Source: Flaccisagitta enflata (taxonomy: Eukaryota). From it: a stretch of 64,000 nt of DNA. A program made the position numbers and the translations under genes. Below the pieces are notes generated by a model. It saw nothing but the letters and a program-made list of their open reading frames with translations. It was not told the DNA's origin and ran no database searches. Shown in pieces: positions 14,882 through 29,931 of the stretch. The stretch's first letter is position 1; every line of letters begins with the position of its first letter. Location of the stretch: positions 8,184,001-8,248,000 of the forward strand of contig OZ231126.1 of assembly GCA_965153355.1 (NCBI GenBank). Direction: 5' to 3'.

Positions 14882-16152
14882 AAGAACGGAATATTTGTGA
14901 GTTGGAAGAGCCAGAGGCAGAGAGTGAATGATATAAAAATGATATCATTAATGATAACTGTTCAAAAAAAGAAAAGAAAAAAAGATAGAGATAGAGAATT
15001 TTTGTGTCTAGACGTATAGACAGAATTCAATTTACATATTATTCACAAACGTGCTGTATGATAGATATAAATATAAAAAAAGATATATTCTGCGTCCTTC
15101 GATCCCAGAATCGGCGATTGGGACAAACCGAGGGAGACGGGGAAGTAAGAATAGGAGAGGGTGGGAGGGGGTACGAGAGGGTGGGAGAGATAAGAGGGGG
15201 GAAAGAGATAGGAGGGAGATGGAGCATGGAGAATTGAGGGGAAAGAGGTTGGTGGGTAAAGGGGTAGATGGGAGAGATTAGAGATAGGATGGGTGAAAAA
15301 GAGGGTGGAAGTAGAGAGAGGGAGGAGGAGAAGATGGGAGGAGGAAGGGGAGTCTGGGAGGGGTAAGGACAGGGGATGGGGGCGTGAGGACAGGGGGAGA
15401 CGCGAAGGGGCAGGGGACAGGTTAGCGGGAACAGGGGACGGAGAAGTAGAAACTAGGTAAATGGGAGTAAGGACAACGGAGGATGATGATTGGTGAATCA
15501 TTTCTGCCAAGTGTTGATTTTATCTTGTAAGATAAAAAACTCTTCTGATATTCAAATAAATTCAATGAATAGAATCGTGACTATGACCTTAATTCGCTTG
15601 GGTTTTTTTAGCGTTTAACTTTTCCATGTGTTTTGTTTTTCTTCGATAATTTTTTGGGGATATGCTGCAGGATTTCGGCGCCCTCTACATTAACCTTCAG
15701 ATGGTACCTTAGCACCTGACACAATTGTGATCACGAGATTTTTGTCATAAATGGTATGCACCTCATAGCGCAAATCATCCATTCATTCATTCATTCATTC
15801 ATTCATTCATTCATTCATTCATTCACTCATTCATTCATTCATTCATTCATTCATTCATTCATTCATTCATTCATTCATTCATTCATTCATTCATTCATTC
15901 ATTCTGTCTTTCTCTCTTTGAGAGGGGGCAAGGAGTGTACTTTCAGGCTTCTTAACGATGTAGAAAATTGAAATAGGTCTTCTAAAAAAGAAAGAAAAAT
16001 AAAGGAACCACAAGAATAAAGATTATAGAGAACTTTTTTTTTTGTTCAAAAATGAAAAAAAAAAAAGAGGTCATAAATGTTTTCGTAACATTTCACTCAA
16101 TAACAGATGCGCAGACTCCACCAGGGCATCCCATTTCTCCTCATCATAGCCC

Positions 16153-16392
16153 GGAAGGTGGTGGTTATGGGTGGATAGAGTTGAGATAGGCCTAGGAGCT
16201 TGATAGGTGGTCATTTAGGGCCAGTGTGAGGGTGGAAGGTGGTGGTTATGGGTGGATAGAGTTGAGATAAGCCTAGGAGCTTGATAGGTGGTCATTTAGG
16301 GCCAGTGTGAGGGTGGAAGGTGGTGGTTATGGTTGGATAGAGTTGAGAAAGGCCTAGGAGCTTGATAGGTGGTCATTTAGGGCCAGTGTGAG
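16153..16392. repeat. 81-bp tandem repeat x3
   Basis: ggaaggtggtggttatgg starts at 16153, 16234 and 16315; near-identical units. Confidence 0.95.
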
Positions 16393-16610
16393 CCCCCCCC
16401 CCATTTCAACCCTCAATTCTGTTAGCCTCCCTTTCATTTGTCCCCTTCAAACCTAGGCTCCGTATCAAACCTCGTATCAGTCACCCTCTCGGCCTCTACA
16501 CAACCCACTATTGCACTCACTTACCCTTGTTACACCCCATGACCTTTACTATTTACCTAACACCTGTCCTTAGACCTTACCCACCCCCAGTCACTCCCCC
16601 CTCCACAAAT

Positions 16611-16969
16611 AAACAAGGCCAACACCTAAAAGTCGCGTGCAGGACATAAATGACTTCGGATGACTTAAATTGACTTAAGATGATTCAAGATGACATACAA
16701 TGATGTTGGAAAACTGACATGACTAAATTGACCAAATTGACTTAATCGACTTAGTAACTTACAATGTCTGAAAATGACTCATATTGACTTAGAATGACTC
16801 AGAATGACTTAGAATGACTAAAACTGGCCAAAAATGACTTAAAAATGACTTAAAGAAAAAAAAAGGTAAAGTTTGACCAGCGGATGTATGGACCGACAGA
16901 CAGATGGATGGATGGATGCATACACGGACGGACAAAGCGGGTTGTAGAGTCGCGTGCACGCGACTAAAA
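16611..16969 (-). mobile_element. HINE-like element carrying a central tandem array
   Basis: aaacaaggcc..agtcgcgtgc, about 230 bp of ~10-bp aatgacttag units, (ggat/ggac)n, perfect 18-bp palindrome agtcgcgtgcacgcgact followed by aaaa. Confidence 0.75.
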
Positions 16970-17827
16970 TAAGATGACGACTCCTGTAGTGACTGCTAAA
17001 GAGAGCACAAATTTCTTCTAAAATGATCCTCGATAACTCTTAATAAGTTTAGCCGCAGACAACCGCTTGAAAATTTACTTTTTTTTGAAAAAGGAATGTT
17101 TTTTTTTCTTCTCTTCTCAGCCATTTTTTTTCTTTGTAAATTTAATGCCTTCCCTACGGAACATAAAATTGGAGGAACGTTTTTCCTCCAGATATGAGTT
17201 ACGTGGAATGGAAGGGGTTGACTTTTTACCTCTCGAATATTTTCCAAGTATTCTCGGTTTTCTTGGAAGCTTTTAAAAAGCCCCGTTTCTGTGTTCATCT
17301 TTCTCCCAAAAAGCTTTTAATAAATCAAAATATCTCCCATTTTCGCGCATCATGCGGCATATCTATATGGCTCAAATTTCAATCATTTTGATGCATTTTC
17401 CATTCCTCACTTACTACACATGGCGAAATTCTTCAGATCATTTTTATGCATGTTCCATTTCACTTTTACTACACATGGCGAAATTCCTCCGGTCATTTCA
17501 ACCTTTTTAATGCACTCCCCCATGCTCAATCCACTCTCATGACCAGTATCGCATGATCATTGTTATCCAAAGAAACTAAATGAAAATAGATGACATTATG
17601 AGGTATTCATAATGTTTGATGTAAAATAAAAAAAATTAATCACAAATGACAAAACGTGACGTTTGACTCCATTGGTTTGATTTTTGAAATCTCTTTAAAA
17701 CTGAAAATGTTGACTGTTGATTAAAATTGTATCTTAATTTGTCTCTCTCTTTTTTCTCCTTTTCCCTTTTCCCTTGCCCTTACCTTAACCCTTACCCTTG
17801 CCTCATGTCCTCCGCCTTTTCCCTTGC

Positions 17828-17894
17828 CCTTACCCTTACCCTAACCCTTACCCTAACCCTTACCCTAACTCTTACCCTAACCCTTACCCTTACC
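17828..17894. repeat. Telomere-like (CCCTAA/CCCTTA)n hexamer tract
   Basis: cccttaccctaacccttaccctaaccctta... Confidence 0.75.
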
Positions 17895-17929
17895 TCATGT
17901 CCTCCGCCGTCACTTTGACATCTCCGCCA

Positions 17930-17955
17930 TCTTGGATTCTCACTAACAGGTAAGG
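17930..17955 (+). other. Candidate recursive splice site (ratchet point) 1, junction 17949/17950
   Basis: cttggattctcactaacAG|GTAAGG. No AG on + between about 17603 and 17947; that stretch is largely C/T-rich. Confidence 0.45.
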
Positions 17956-17983
17956 AAATACACATTCGTGTGTGTGTGTGTGT

Positions 17984-18038
<55 letters not shown>

Positions 18039-18044
<6 letters not shown>

Positions 18045-18185
18045 GAAAAGACGAAAAGACGAAAAGACGAAAAGACAAAAAAAAGACAAAAAGACAAAAA
18101 GACAAAAAGACGGAAAGACGAAAAGACGAAAAGACGAAAAGACGAAAAGACGAAAAGACGAAAAGACGAAAAGACGAAAAGACAG
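18039..18185. repeat. (AAAAGACG)n octamer
   Basis: Direct reading. Confidence 0.9.
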
Positions 18186-18695
18186 AAAGACTGACAGGCC
18201 AAAAAGAAAGAAAGAAAAAAAGAATCGGCAAACACGCAGTATCTCTAGCCTCTAGGCAGAGAGAAAATCAGAAGATAGGGAGAATTATCTGGAAGGAAAA
18301 ACGATAATTTAGTGGAATAATGAAAATTCGATGCAATTAACTGAGGAATAGATAACACGGAACGGGCAGAGACTTATATCTTAAAAACGCGACAACAGTT
18401 ATTGAGTTTATGGGAAAAGAAGGCAAAGGAGGAGGATGAGGAGAGGGAGGAAGAGCAGGAGGATGAGGGGATGAGCAGAAAAAAAGTGAGATAGGCGACT
18501 TATTCCACATACTCATACAGAATACCAAAATAACACTTAAGAGGGAATGATATCGACAAAAGAAAAGGGTTTTATATTCTAAGCTAAGATGTACAAACGT
18601 CCACTTGGTTGTGATTGAATGATTTCTGTTATTACGTTCAAACAAGCCAGAATGAAATCAATCAAATACACTGTGTGTATGTCTGTGTGTGTGTT

Positions 18696-18919
<224 letters not shown>

Positions 18920-19105
18920 TCCTTTTCGGTCTTCCCACTTCTTTAAGTGCCACGCAAAAACTCCTTTCTTGGCTTCCTTCCCCATCCCAACTTTTGTTTA
19001 TTTTTTCTTGTTCTTTTATATTTTAGTGCTCTTTTACTCTCTGTCTCTGTCTGTCTTGGACTATGTCTCTCTGTCTCTCTGTCTCTCTGTCTCTCTGTCT
19101 CTCTG

Positions 19106-19183
<78 letters not shown>

Positions 19184-19274
19184 CTCTTTCGTCGCCGACT
19201 TCATCTTTTTCCTTCTCATAGTCTTTGCCTTATATGAGCCTCGTTACTGAGAGGTTGTTGCCTTGACCCGACTA

Positions 19275-19544
19275 GGGGCGTGTTTCTAGTGAGCGCCAAA
19301 AACGCGTTTGTTCCCGTGAAACGCGATAACAGCGTGAACACATATTCAAGATTTTCAACTGTCCCACGAGGGAGTGAGCGAAGTAAGTGAGCGAGCCCGT
19401 GAACGGAGCGAGCGAGCGAAGCAAGCGTAGCGAAGCGGAGCGCTGCGGAGCGAGTGAGCGGAGTGAGCGGTGCGAGCGAACGAACGTAGCGAGCGACCGA
19501 GTGGCCCTTTCAAAACGCGATCGTCTTTGACTAGAAACGCCCCC
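19275..19544 (+). mobile_element. ~270-bp MITE with GGGCG(TG)TTTCTAGT TIRs and GAGC-rich core
   Basis: ggggcgtgtttctagt ... actagaaacgccccc, flanked by cta/tag on both sides; near-identical copy at 58455. Confidence 0.85.
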
Positions 19545-19936
19545 TAGCAGTGGCTGCGCCCCCGCGAGCTACGGATAGATTCAATGTCTACCATTGACAA
19601 CAAAACAACACCAAATGTGACAACAGTTACAACAAAACAAGCTTACTCTGTTTTTTCGAAAAACAAAACAACACCATTCTCGTGACAACAGCGTCAATCA
19701 TCTGTTAATTACCTCTCTACTATTGACAACAAAACAAAACACCGGCTCGGACAACAGTCACAACCACACTACCATTCACTATTAAGCAACACTAAATGTG
19801 AAAACTGAGCTAGGGACAACCAAACAAGTTTTCTCTACTATCGACAACAATGACAAGCGTATCTATCAATACCATGAACACTTAAAGCTTTGAAAATCTT
19901 AAAAAACATACGTATGCATACTTTTTCAAAAATCCG

Positions 19937-20233
<297 letters not shown>

Positions 20234-20651
20234 GTACCGGAATCCAGCTGGGTCACAACTGCGTTATTTGATGATGACCTTACAAGTATCATGATGCTGT
20301 TCTATATGAGATGAAATGGAGAAGAAGAAAGGGAAAAGAGGGGGGAGGCTTAGTATGAGGCTGGGAGGGGGCAAGGGAATATGAAGGGGATGATGGGGAG
20401 CTGAGTCATATTGAAGTATGAATATTGGATAACAATATTCAAATGCCGCCCTAAAAAAATTCCAAAGATTCACAGGGGAAGAAATTGATATAAAAAGAAA
20501 ATGGTTTAAGAAAAAAACATAAGAAAACAATCTTTTGAAAACCAAAAATATTCTATGCAGAGAGAGAGAGAAAGTTTGTGGTTTCCTCAAAGAAAATCCA
20601 TAGTTTTTTTTTTTCATTTACTTACTAAGTAATGGTGCGTTCCTTTCTTTG

Positions 20652-20707
<56 letters not shown>

Positions 20708-20937
20708 GCTTTCTCTCTGCTTTCTCCATCTTCATCTCCACCTGGCAATACACCTTTTTAAAGAAATGGTTATTAATGGGAAATCAAGAACGAATAAAAA
20801 CTCACTCTCGCTGAAACAACTCATTGCAGCCTGTCTCGGGAATTCGATATTGATGATAGGAGACTAAAAGCTTTGAAAGAAAAAAAGAATAAATTTTCTT
20901 TATATTGCTTTTACTACTGATTTAATGAGAAACTGCT

Positions 20938-21262
20938 CAAGGCCGAGTATATTAGGCCAACACGTGCCAAGGATTGCATTACCAACCAACCAACCAACCA
21001 ATCGACCAACCAACCGACCAACCAACCAACCAACCGACCATACCACTAAACAGCCTACCGACCAACCAACCGACCAACCAAACTTCCCACCAACCTACCA
21101 ACCAATCGACCAACCAACCAACCCACCATTCTACTCAACAATCAACCGACCAACCAACCAAGCAACCAACCAAGCAACAAACCAACCAACCAACCAACCA
21201 ATAAACCAACCATCCGACCAACGAACCGGGAACAGCTTTTTTAGACGTGGTATGGCGCACTG
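20938..21262 (-). mobile_element. Degenerate HINE-like element with expanded (ACCA/ACCG)n
   Basis: caaggccgagtatattaggccaa hairpin like the 33213 copy, long accaaccg tract, eroded end acagc..tggcgcac. Confidence 0.5.
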
Positions 21263-21411
21263 TTCCTACAAAGAGTGATTTGCGAGATTTTCATCGATGC
21301 AATATGAAATTTGCCAAGTCATAGCAAACGCCGAATTAATGAATTGGCTTATGGCGTTTGCTTCGTCATGACCGGTGCTGCTTCGTCCTAACTTAAGTCA
21401 TCAGGCGTCAC

Positions 21412-21477
<66 letters not shown>

Positions 21478-21601
21478 AACAACAACAAAATAATAACAAC
21501 AGCAACAACAACAACAAATAATAACAACAACAAATAACAACAATAACAATAACAATAACAACAAAACAACAATAAACAACAACAATAACAATAACAACAA
21601 G

Positions 21602-21688
<87 letters not shown>

Positions 21689-21777
21689 CTGAGTCATGAC
21701 TTTTTCTTTTATTGAGTTGTCTTCCTCTCGTTTGTTTATTGCTGTTTCGTTCTGATTGACTCGTAGTCCTTAATTCT

Positions 21778-21836
<59 letters not shown>

Positions 21837-21837
21837 C

Positions 21838-21964
<127 letters not shown>

Positions 21965-21982
21965 ATCTTTCTTTCTTTCTTA

Positions 21983-22016
<34 letters not shown>

Positions 22017-22041
22017 CTTTCTTTCTTCTTTTAGTCTCTGG

Positions 22042-22126
<85 letters not shown>

Positions 22127-22228
22127 CACCCTCGTCCTTCCAGTCATCGGTAATATCGGTATTCAAGCGAATTGCGATGTTTAGATAATGAGTTTTTCGT
22201 CTGTACCACGTCAAGTTTTTACCCTTGT

Positions 22229-22442
<214 letters not shown>

Positions 22443-22467
22443 GCGAGCGAGCGAGCGAGCGAGAGAG

Positions 22468-22506
<39 letters not shown>

Positions 22507-22509
22507 AAA

Positions 22510-22601
<92 letters not shown>

Positions 22602-22980
22602 AAGAAAAAAAGAAAGACAGAAAGAAATAAAGAGAGAGAGAGAGAAGGCCAGAGAGAAGGAAGTGAAATAGCTCAATAAAGAAGGATACAAGAAGACTGA
22701 TTATGTGTCTTCGCTCTCCCTCGGGAAGAAAATTTAAAACTGTCGGAGACTAGCTGACATTGTTCACTTGCTCATTTGTTCACTTCTCAAACTGTTCACT
22801 TGTTCTCCAGTTCATTTATGATTGTTCACATCTTAACTTGTTCATATGTTCAAATATCAAAATGCAAAATTATTATAAAATTCAGATTAACTGGTTATTT
22901 TGGGAAGAACTTTTCAATCAGCAAATGTTTATATTGAGCTTGAGCCGGACTTAAAAGTTTTAGAAGTGGCAACTGGACTG

Positions 22981-23161
<181 letters not shown>

Positions 23162-23173
23162 CACACACACACA

Positions 23174-23277
<104 letters not shown>

Positions 23278-24392
23278 GAGAAGATAGGATTGTACAAGAT
23301 ATACTAGACAAACTAGAGACATGCTCGTCAAATGGGGTGGAGACAGGTTTTAAGGGTGGAAGGTTGTCAAAATATGACGACGACGTCAACGACAACAACG
23401 ACAACACCAACAACAACAACAAACGACGACGACAAAAACAACGACGACCACAACGACAACAACAACGACGACAACAACGACGACGACAACAACAACAACA
23501 ACGACGACGACGACGATAACAACTATGATGGCATCAGCGTGAATTATGTGGTAAGAATTTATGCCCATCGGGGTGGAGCTATTTCCGACGTTTGTCAAAA
23601 ACGAAAAGAAATGTTGTCCTAAAATCCGGTTCACCGTAAAATCCGGTTCACCGCACTGTAAAATCGAGATTCGAGATTCGAGGCCAATCCGAGTTGTCAA
23701 AACTTGTCATGAGTTCATACAACTGCTTTCAAGCTTTTTATGGCCCTAATTCTGCAAAAGATCGTTAGTACGTTCATCGGTACTTTATGCAAGCTCATCA
23801 GTACATCATGAACTGTCCACCTGATAATTAAGTACATTCATTAGTCCATCTTACACGTTCGTCAGTCTATTATGAACGCTCATCCTGCACGTTCATCTGT
23901 CCACCACGCGGTGACACGCACGTTCCACAGTCAATTTGTATTAGTTATAAGAAAATCACACGTTTTTTAATTCATGCTTATCAGATGATCAACAAGGGCG
24001 CATTAATACAAGGTGGAATTGTCATGCTTCTGTCATGCTTACCAATAGATCACAAAGAGACTTATTCATCTTGTCTTGCCATTAAAAAAGACAAGAAATT
24101 TGCTTAGTATTCTTCTCTGTTATTCTAGCTCTTTTTTTACTCATTTTGTTGTTTGTTTTGCTCAGCTTGTCATTCTTGTTTTCCTTTGTGAATTTCGTGA
24201 CTCCGACCAACCGAAATAAAGAAAAAGAAAGAATAAGATATAAAAAAAAAAAAAAGAAAGAAAAAAAAAGAGGGAGAAAAAGAGAGAGAAAAAGAGAGAG
24301 AGAAAAAGAAAGAAAATTAAAAGGAAAAGAAAAAAAAAGGAGGAAAGAAAAAGAAACGACAAAAACAATCACACGCGTGTATGAACCTGAAG

Positions 24393-24466
<74 letters not shown>

Positions 24467-24587
24467 CGTCCGTGAATTTATTCGGTTGGACGGGTCCATT
24501 TGTCAGTTCATGGCCTCCTGTTTGTCATGCACATCCTCCAATTTATTTTCTCTTTTTTGTTTGTAAATATTTTGTTACCCTTTCTCC

Positions 24588-24670
<83 letters not shown>

Positions 24671-24793
24671 ACGACTAAAAACAAATATTTGAGGGATTGA
24701 TAGAAAAGCAACAAAAACAGGAGACTTATCAATCAACTCGCTCATCAGTTTTCTGGGCTAGGGCAAAACTCAAGTTTTGTATGTGTGTGTGAA

Positions 24794-25041
<248 letters not shown>

Positions 25042-25371
25042 CGTGCGTGAAGTGGGTATATTCAATTCAATCTTGAATCTTCAAGTATCGACATAAATAA
25101 TAAATTAATCAAAATGATTTTTTAATCTTTTGTTCGATTAAAAGGATGAAAAAGTTGAAGGGCTAAATAGTTGTCTCAATAACTGAAAATCCAATCTATG
25201 CATATTCCTTAACTCAGTATTTACGGCTGCTTAACTGGTATGCAATGCCTACATCGTTTGGTTACCAACTGAATATTGGCCCAGAGAGCAAATCAATCAT
25301 CTGACCAATGGGCTTACATACAAACACTGCTTACACCGTCCTTGCAAGAACAATGGAAGGAATCGCGGGAG

Positions 25372-25800
25372 GGCGTCAGTGGTAGCCATTGCAGAGACTT
25401 GGATGGGAATTAGAATGGGGGGCAGTGGTAGCCATTGCAGAGACGGGGAGGGAGTGAAATGGGCGGGAGAGCGTCAGTGAAATTCATTGCAGAGACGGGG
25501 ATGAGAGTTAAAATGGGGGTCAGTGGTAGCCATTGCAGAGACGGGGATGGGAGTTAAAATGGGGGACAGTGGTGGCCGTTGCAGAGACATGGCTCGGAGT
25601 TAAATGGGCGGGAGAGCGTCAGTGGTAGCCATTGCAGAGACGGGGATGGGAGTTAAACGGGCGGGAGAGCGTCAGTGGTAGCCATTGCAGAGACATGAAT
25701 GGGAGTTAAATGGGCGGGAGTGTGTCAGTGGTAGCCATTGCTGAAACATGGATGGGAGTTAAATGGGTGGAAGAGCGTCAGTGGTAGCCATTGCAGAGAT
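25372..25800. repeat. ~45-55-bp minisatellite with cagtggtagccattgcagaga core
   Basis: About 9 core copies. Confidence 0.9.
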
Positions 25801-26142
25801 GGAGGTGGGCATTAGATGGACGGCGATGAAAAACCTCGTTCAAGATCAAGAAGGCGATTTTTAGAAAAGGAATGGAATGTTTTCTCTCTGTTAATGAGGA
25901 AAGCATTCATGATTGATGAGACCAAAGGGGAAACAAGAGATAGAGAAAAAGAGAAAAAGAGAAAAAGAGAGAAAGAGAAAAAGAGAAAAAGAAATGGAAT
26001 AAAAAAAGACAGATTGGAATTACAGAGCTAAAGAGAAAATGAAAGAGGGAAAAGAGAGGATAAGACAAAGAAAGGTAAAAAGACGAAAATGAAATTGGAA
26101 GGAAAAAGGATAAATGAAAAGATGGATAAAAAGAAAAGAAAA

Positions 26143-26196
<54 letters not shown>

Positions 26197-27289
26197 AAAA
26201 AAGAAAGAAAAAAAGAAAGAAATAAAGAGATAAAGAAAGAAAAGAAAAAAAGAAAATCGACAAAGTCTGAAAACAAAAAAAACCGACGCTGTTGCGTTTG
26301 AAAGAGTGACCAAGAAAATGCGGGACTTTGTTAAATAGCGAGTTAGACTAGGTTGTGAGTGGAGCGAGACTCTGAGACTTGGCGCTGTTTTGGCTCTCAT
26401 AGTGATGAATGGGAGCGAAGATTCTTCAAGCGTAAAAAGACAACTTCCTAATGACTTGGCTCTAAATGGCGTTTCCTCACAAAGGAAAAGCAAGGCCACC
26501 CCCACAGTGGAAAAAACAAGGTTCCCCCCTTAAAAGAATGATGAGGACACCCTCACATTGGGAAAGAAAGAGTTCCCCCATAGTGGAAAAAGATGAAGGT
26601 TCCACCCCAAATTGGATAATAAGGACACCCCCACAAAGGGAAAAAAGAACCCCCTAGCTGCATAGAAAAACAATGCCACCCCCATAGTGGAAAAAGAAGA
26701 AGGTTCCACCCCACAATGGATGATGAGGACACCCCAACATTGGGAAAGAAAGAGCCCCTCAGCTATAGAGAAAAACAAAGCCACCCCCAAAGAGGAATAA
26801 CACAAGGTTCCCCACAAAGGATAATGAGGATATCCTCACAAAGGGAAAGAAGAAAACCCCTACATAGGAAAACAAGGCCACCCTACAAAAGAAAACAATA
26901 AAACCGCCACAGAAGAGAGCAAAGCTTATCTTCCCCCCCCCCCCATTCCGAGCGATTTCTTTCTCTCTTTCATATCCTGTCTTTGCTTTCTTGAAAAATG
27001 ACAGACAAAAGGTGTTTCAGAAGGTGCTTATTATGTATGACCTTCATGGGGAAATCGTATTTTTATTAGATGAGTGTCAACAGATAGACAAGTAACAGAC
27101 AATCAATTGTACTTGATTGATCTTGATAATGACAAAGTAAAAAAGTGATAAGAAAAGAAAATTGATGGAATAGAAACAAAATGACATTGTTTTGTAGCTG
27201 AGATGGCAAATCCTATGAAATGAAATTGAGTTGATCAATTGTCAAAGATTCAAAAAAGAGGATCTCGTCTTTGCAATTTTGAAACAGAG

Positions 27290-27416
<127 letters not shown>

Positions 27417-27734
27417 GTGAGATGGGAGAAAGAGAAAAAGGGAACCTTTTCTTTCTATACTGAATCTAAGATCTTTAGAAATCCCTAATGATTGGTTTGA
27501 AGGCCCTGTGGGGGAGAGAGGGGGTGGGAGGGAGAGAAGACAGGGTCCTATGGAGGAATAGGGGGGGGGGAGAAAGAGAGGGTCCTGTGGGTAATCAGAA
27601 GCCACAACTGGAAATAAACAATTCCACTCGAAAGCGAAACACGAAGAAGAGAAATTGAAACAGCCAAAGAAGCAAAGAAAATGAGATTGTTTTCCTCACT
27701 GCGTGTAAAAAAGACGGGGGTTGAGCGGCGCAGA

Positions 27735-27847
<113 letters not shown>

Positions 27848-28034
27848 GTGTGTGTGCGTGTTCGTGTGTGTTTGTGTGATAGTTTGTGTGAGTTTGTGTG
27901 TGTGGATTTTGAAAAAAAACAGACGTTAATCCATTGACAAAAAGAGAGACAGAAGAAAGATGTTAACATAAAAGATTTATAAAATATTGAGATCGAAATT
28001 TGTCAAAATCGTTTTTTTTTAAACGTTCTCAAGC

Positions 28035-28480
28035 GCAGGTGAAGTGAGCAGGTGCGCATGTGAGCATATAAGCATGTGAGCAGGTGAGCATATGAGCAGG
28101 TGAGCAGGTATCTGAGCAAGTGAGCAAATACGGTGAGCAGGTGCGTATTTGATTAGGTGAGCAGGTCAGCAGGTGAGCAGGTACTGTGAGCGGGGAGCAG
28201 GTGAGTATGTGTGCAGGTGAGCATATGGGCATGTGAGTAGGTGAGCATGTGAGCATGTGAGCAGTTGAGCAAGTATGGTGAGGAGTTGAGCTTGTGAGCA
28301 GGTGAGCAGGTGAGCATGTAAGCAGGTGAGCAGGTGAGCATGTGTGCAGGTGAGCAAGTATGGTGAGAAGGGTAGCATGTGAGCAGGTGAGCAGGTATGT
28401 GAGCAGGTGCTGTGAGTGGGGAGCAGGTGAGCAGCCAAGCCGGTGAGCAGGTCAGCAGATATGGTGACCACTGAGCAGGC
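28035..28480 (+). repeat. (GTGAGCAG)n octamer array
   Basis: About 12 exact CAGGTGAG occurrences plus variants. Confidence 0.9.
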
Positions 28481-29334
28481 TAGCTTCAGAGGGGGTCAAC
28501 AACGGAACCACAAGTGCAAGCGTTTACTCAACAGTATTCATGTTTCATGGAAAACATTGTCATCAATTTTGCCGCATATGATGTGAGCTGAAATGACATT
28601 TGAAAGCAAGGAAATGATTTTGTCATTGGGATATTGCACAGCGGAACACTTTTATGGGGAATTTCGTGAGTACATTTTCAAGGCTTAGTGAGAAAGGTGA
28701 CGAAGTACTAAGTTTGGCCAGTAGTTAATCTAGTTGGAGTAGATGGTAAATCTCATCAATATGGATAGAGGGACGTAGATCGATGGTGTTGAGATGTATG
28801 TCCAACTGGTATGAAAATTGTAGAGGGTCTAGAAGGGTTGGTTAAGGGGTGTTATTGAGGTGTTATATGTCATAGACCTGTTTGTGGTATGAAAGTCAGA
28901 AAAACACGTTTTAAGAAGAAAAAAATTACGCAAATTCGTGTGAAAATAAAGTTCTCAAGATAGAGAAAAAGTTCTCTTTTAAAAAAAAGATTAACATGTT
29001 TCCAATCTTTCAAAAGATTAAAAAAAAGATAGATCGTATTAAACTCAGAGGCCAAACCATCTTGTATGTGTTTGAGTGTGTGTGTGTGTGTGTGTTTGTG
29101 TGTGTTTTCTTGTCTAAAGCTTACATCAGTATGTGCTGCTTGCCTGTGTGTGTATATGTGTATGTGTGTGTGTGTGTGTTTGTGTGGGCGGCTCTTTTGG
29201 GTGTATGGGTGCAAAGGTGAGTATCTGTGTGTGCGTCTGTTGTAATAGTATAAGTGTATAAGTGTGTAAGTGTGTATATTTGTCTGTGTATTTCATGTGC
29301 ACATAGACTACCATCTAGCTCATAAATGAATGTA

Positions 29335-29931
29335 CTACTTAGGCCATAAAAAACGCAATTTTCCTGAAAAGACTTATATTTTTGATAATTTAGCTCTTCA
29401 AACCTTTAGAGGAGAGCATGAATGTTTAGGACTAGTATCCATTATGACCCTCCGAGCTGAAGCAGGTGCCTGAGCCGTATTTGAGCAAGGATTAAAAAGG
29501 TTTTGCCCACAAGTTCACTCAAAGCTGGATCCCAAATTGAAGCGTTTTAGTCAACAACTTGTAAGGTTTCAACTTTATCCTAGAGGTAGGTAATGATACC
29601 AGGACCTTAAGTCTTTTACTGATTTACCTTTTGTTATTACTAGGGGCAATAATGGAGAGGAAAAATAGCACTTATGACAGAATTTTTTTGCAGAAACCGA
29701 TTTGAAGGTAACTTAACTAAAAATGGGCAAGTTTTGTGTGAGTTTCAGAATGGAACTTTTTCAAAGATTGGTTAATATCTCTGAAATGGCTCATCATAGC
29801 CTTTTGGGACCAAGTTTTTTGAACTCCTCATATGAAAAAACTTCCGAAATGCTCAAAAGAGCAGCACTCTTTGACCAGTATTGTACCCTTATCCTTGTGC
29901 ATGTAGATTGCGTTTTTAATGGCCTAAGTAG
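29335..29931. mobile_element. TA-flanked MITE (~597 bp)
   Basis: TA-CTACTTAGGCCATAAAAAACGCAAT ... ATTGCGTTTTTAATGGCCTAAGTAG-TA. The boundary could be 3 bp further in, at the inner TA. Confidence 0.8.

Noticed and set aside
17828-17894. True telomere or chromosome-fusion scar
   Set aside because: Only about 11 hexamers, mixed CCCTAA/CCCTTA, with no head-to-head arrangement.
25372-25800. Conserved 21-bp core with variable linkers, superficially CRISPR-like
   Set aside because: The linkers are homologous to each other, so this is a minisatellite.
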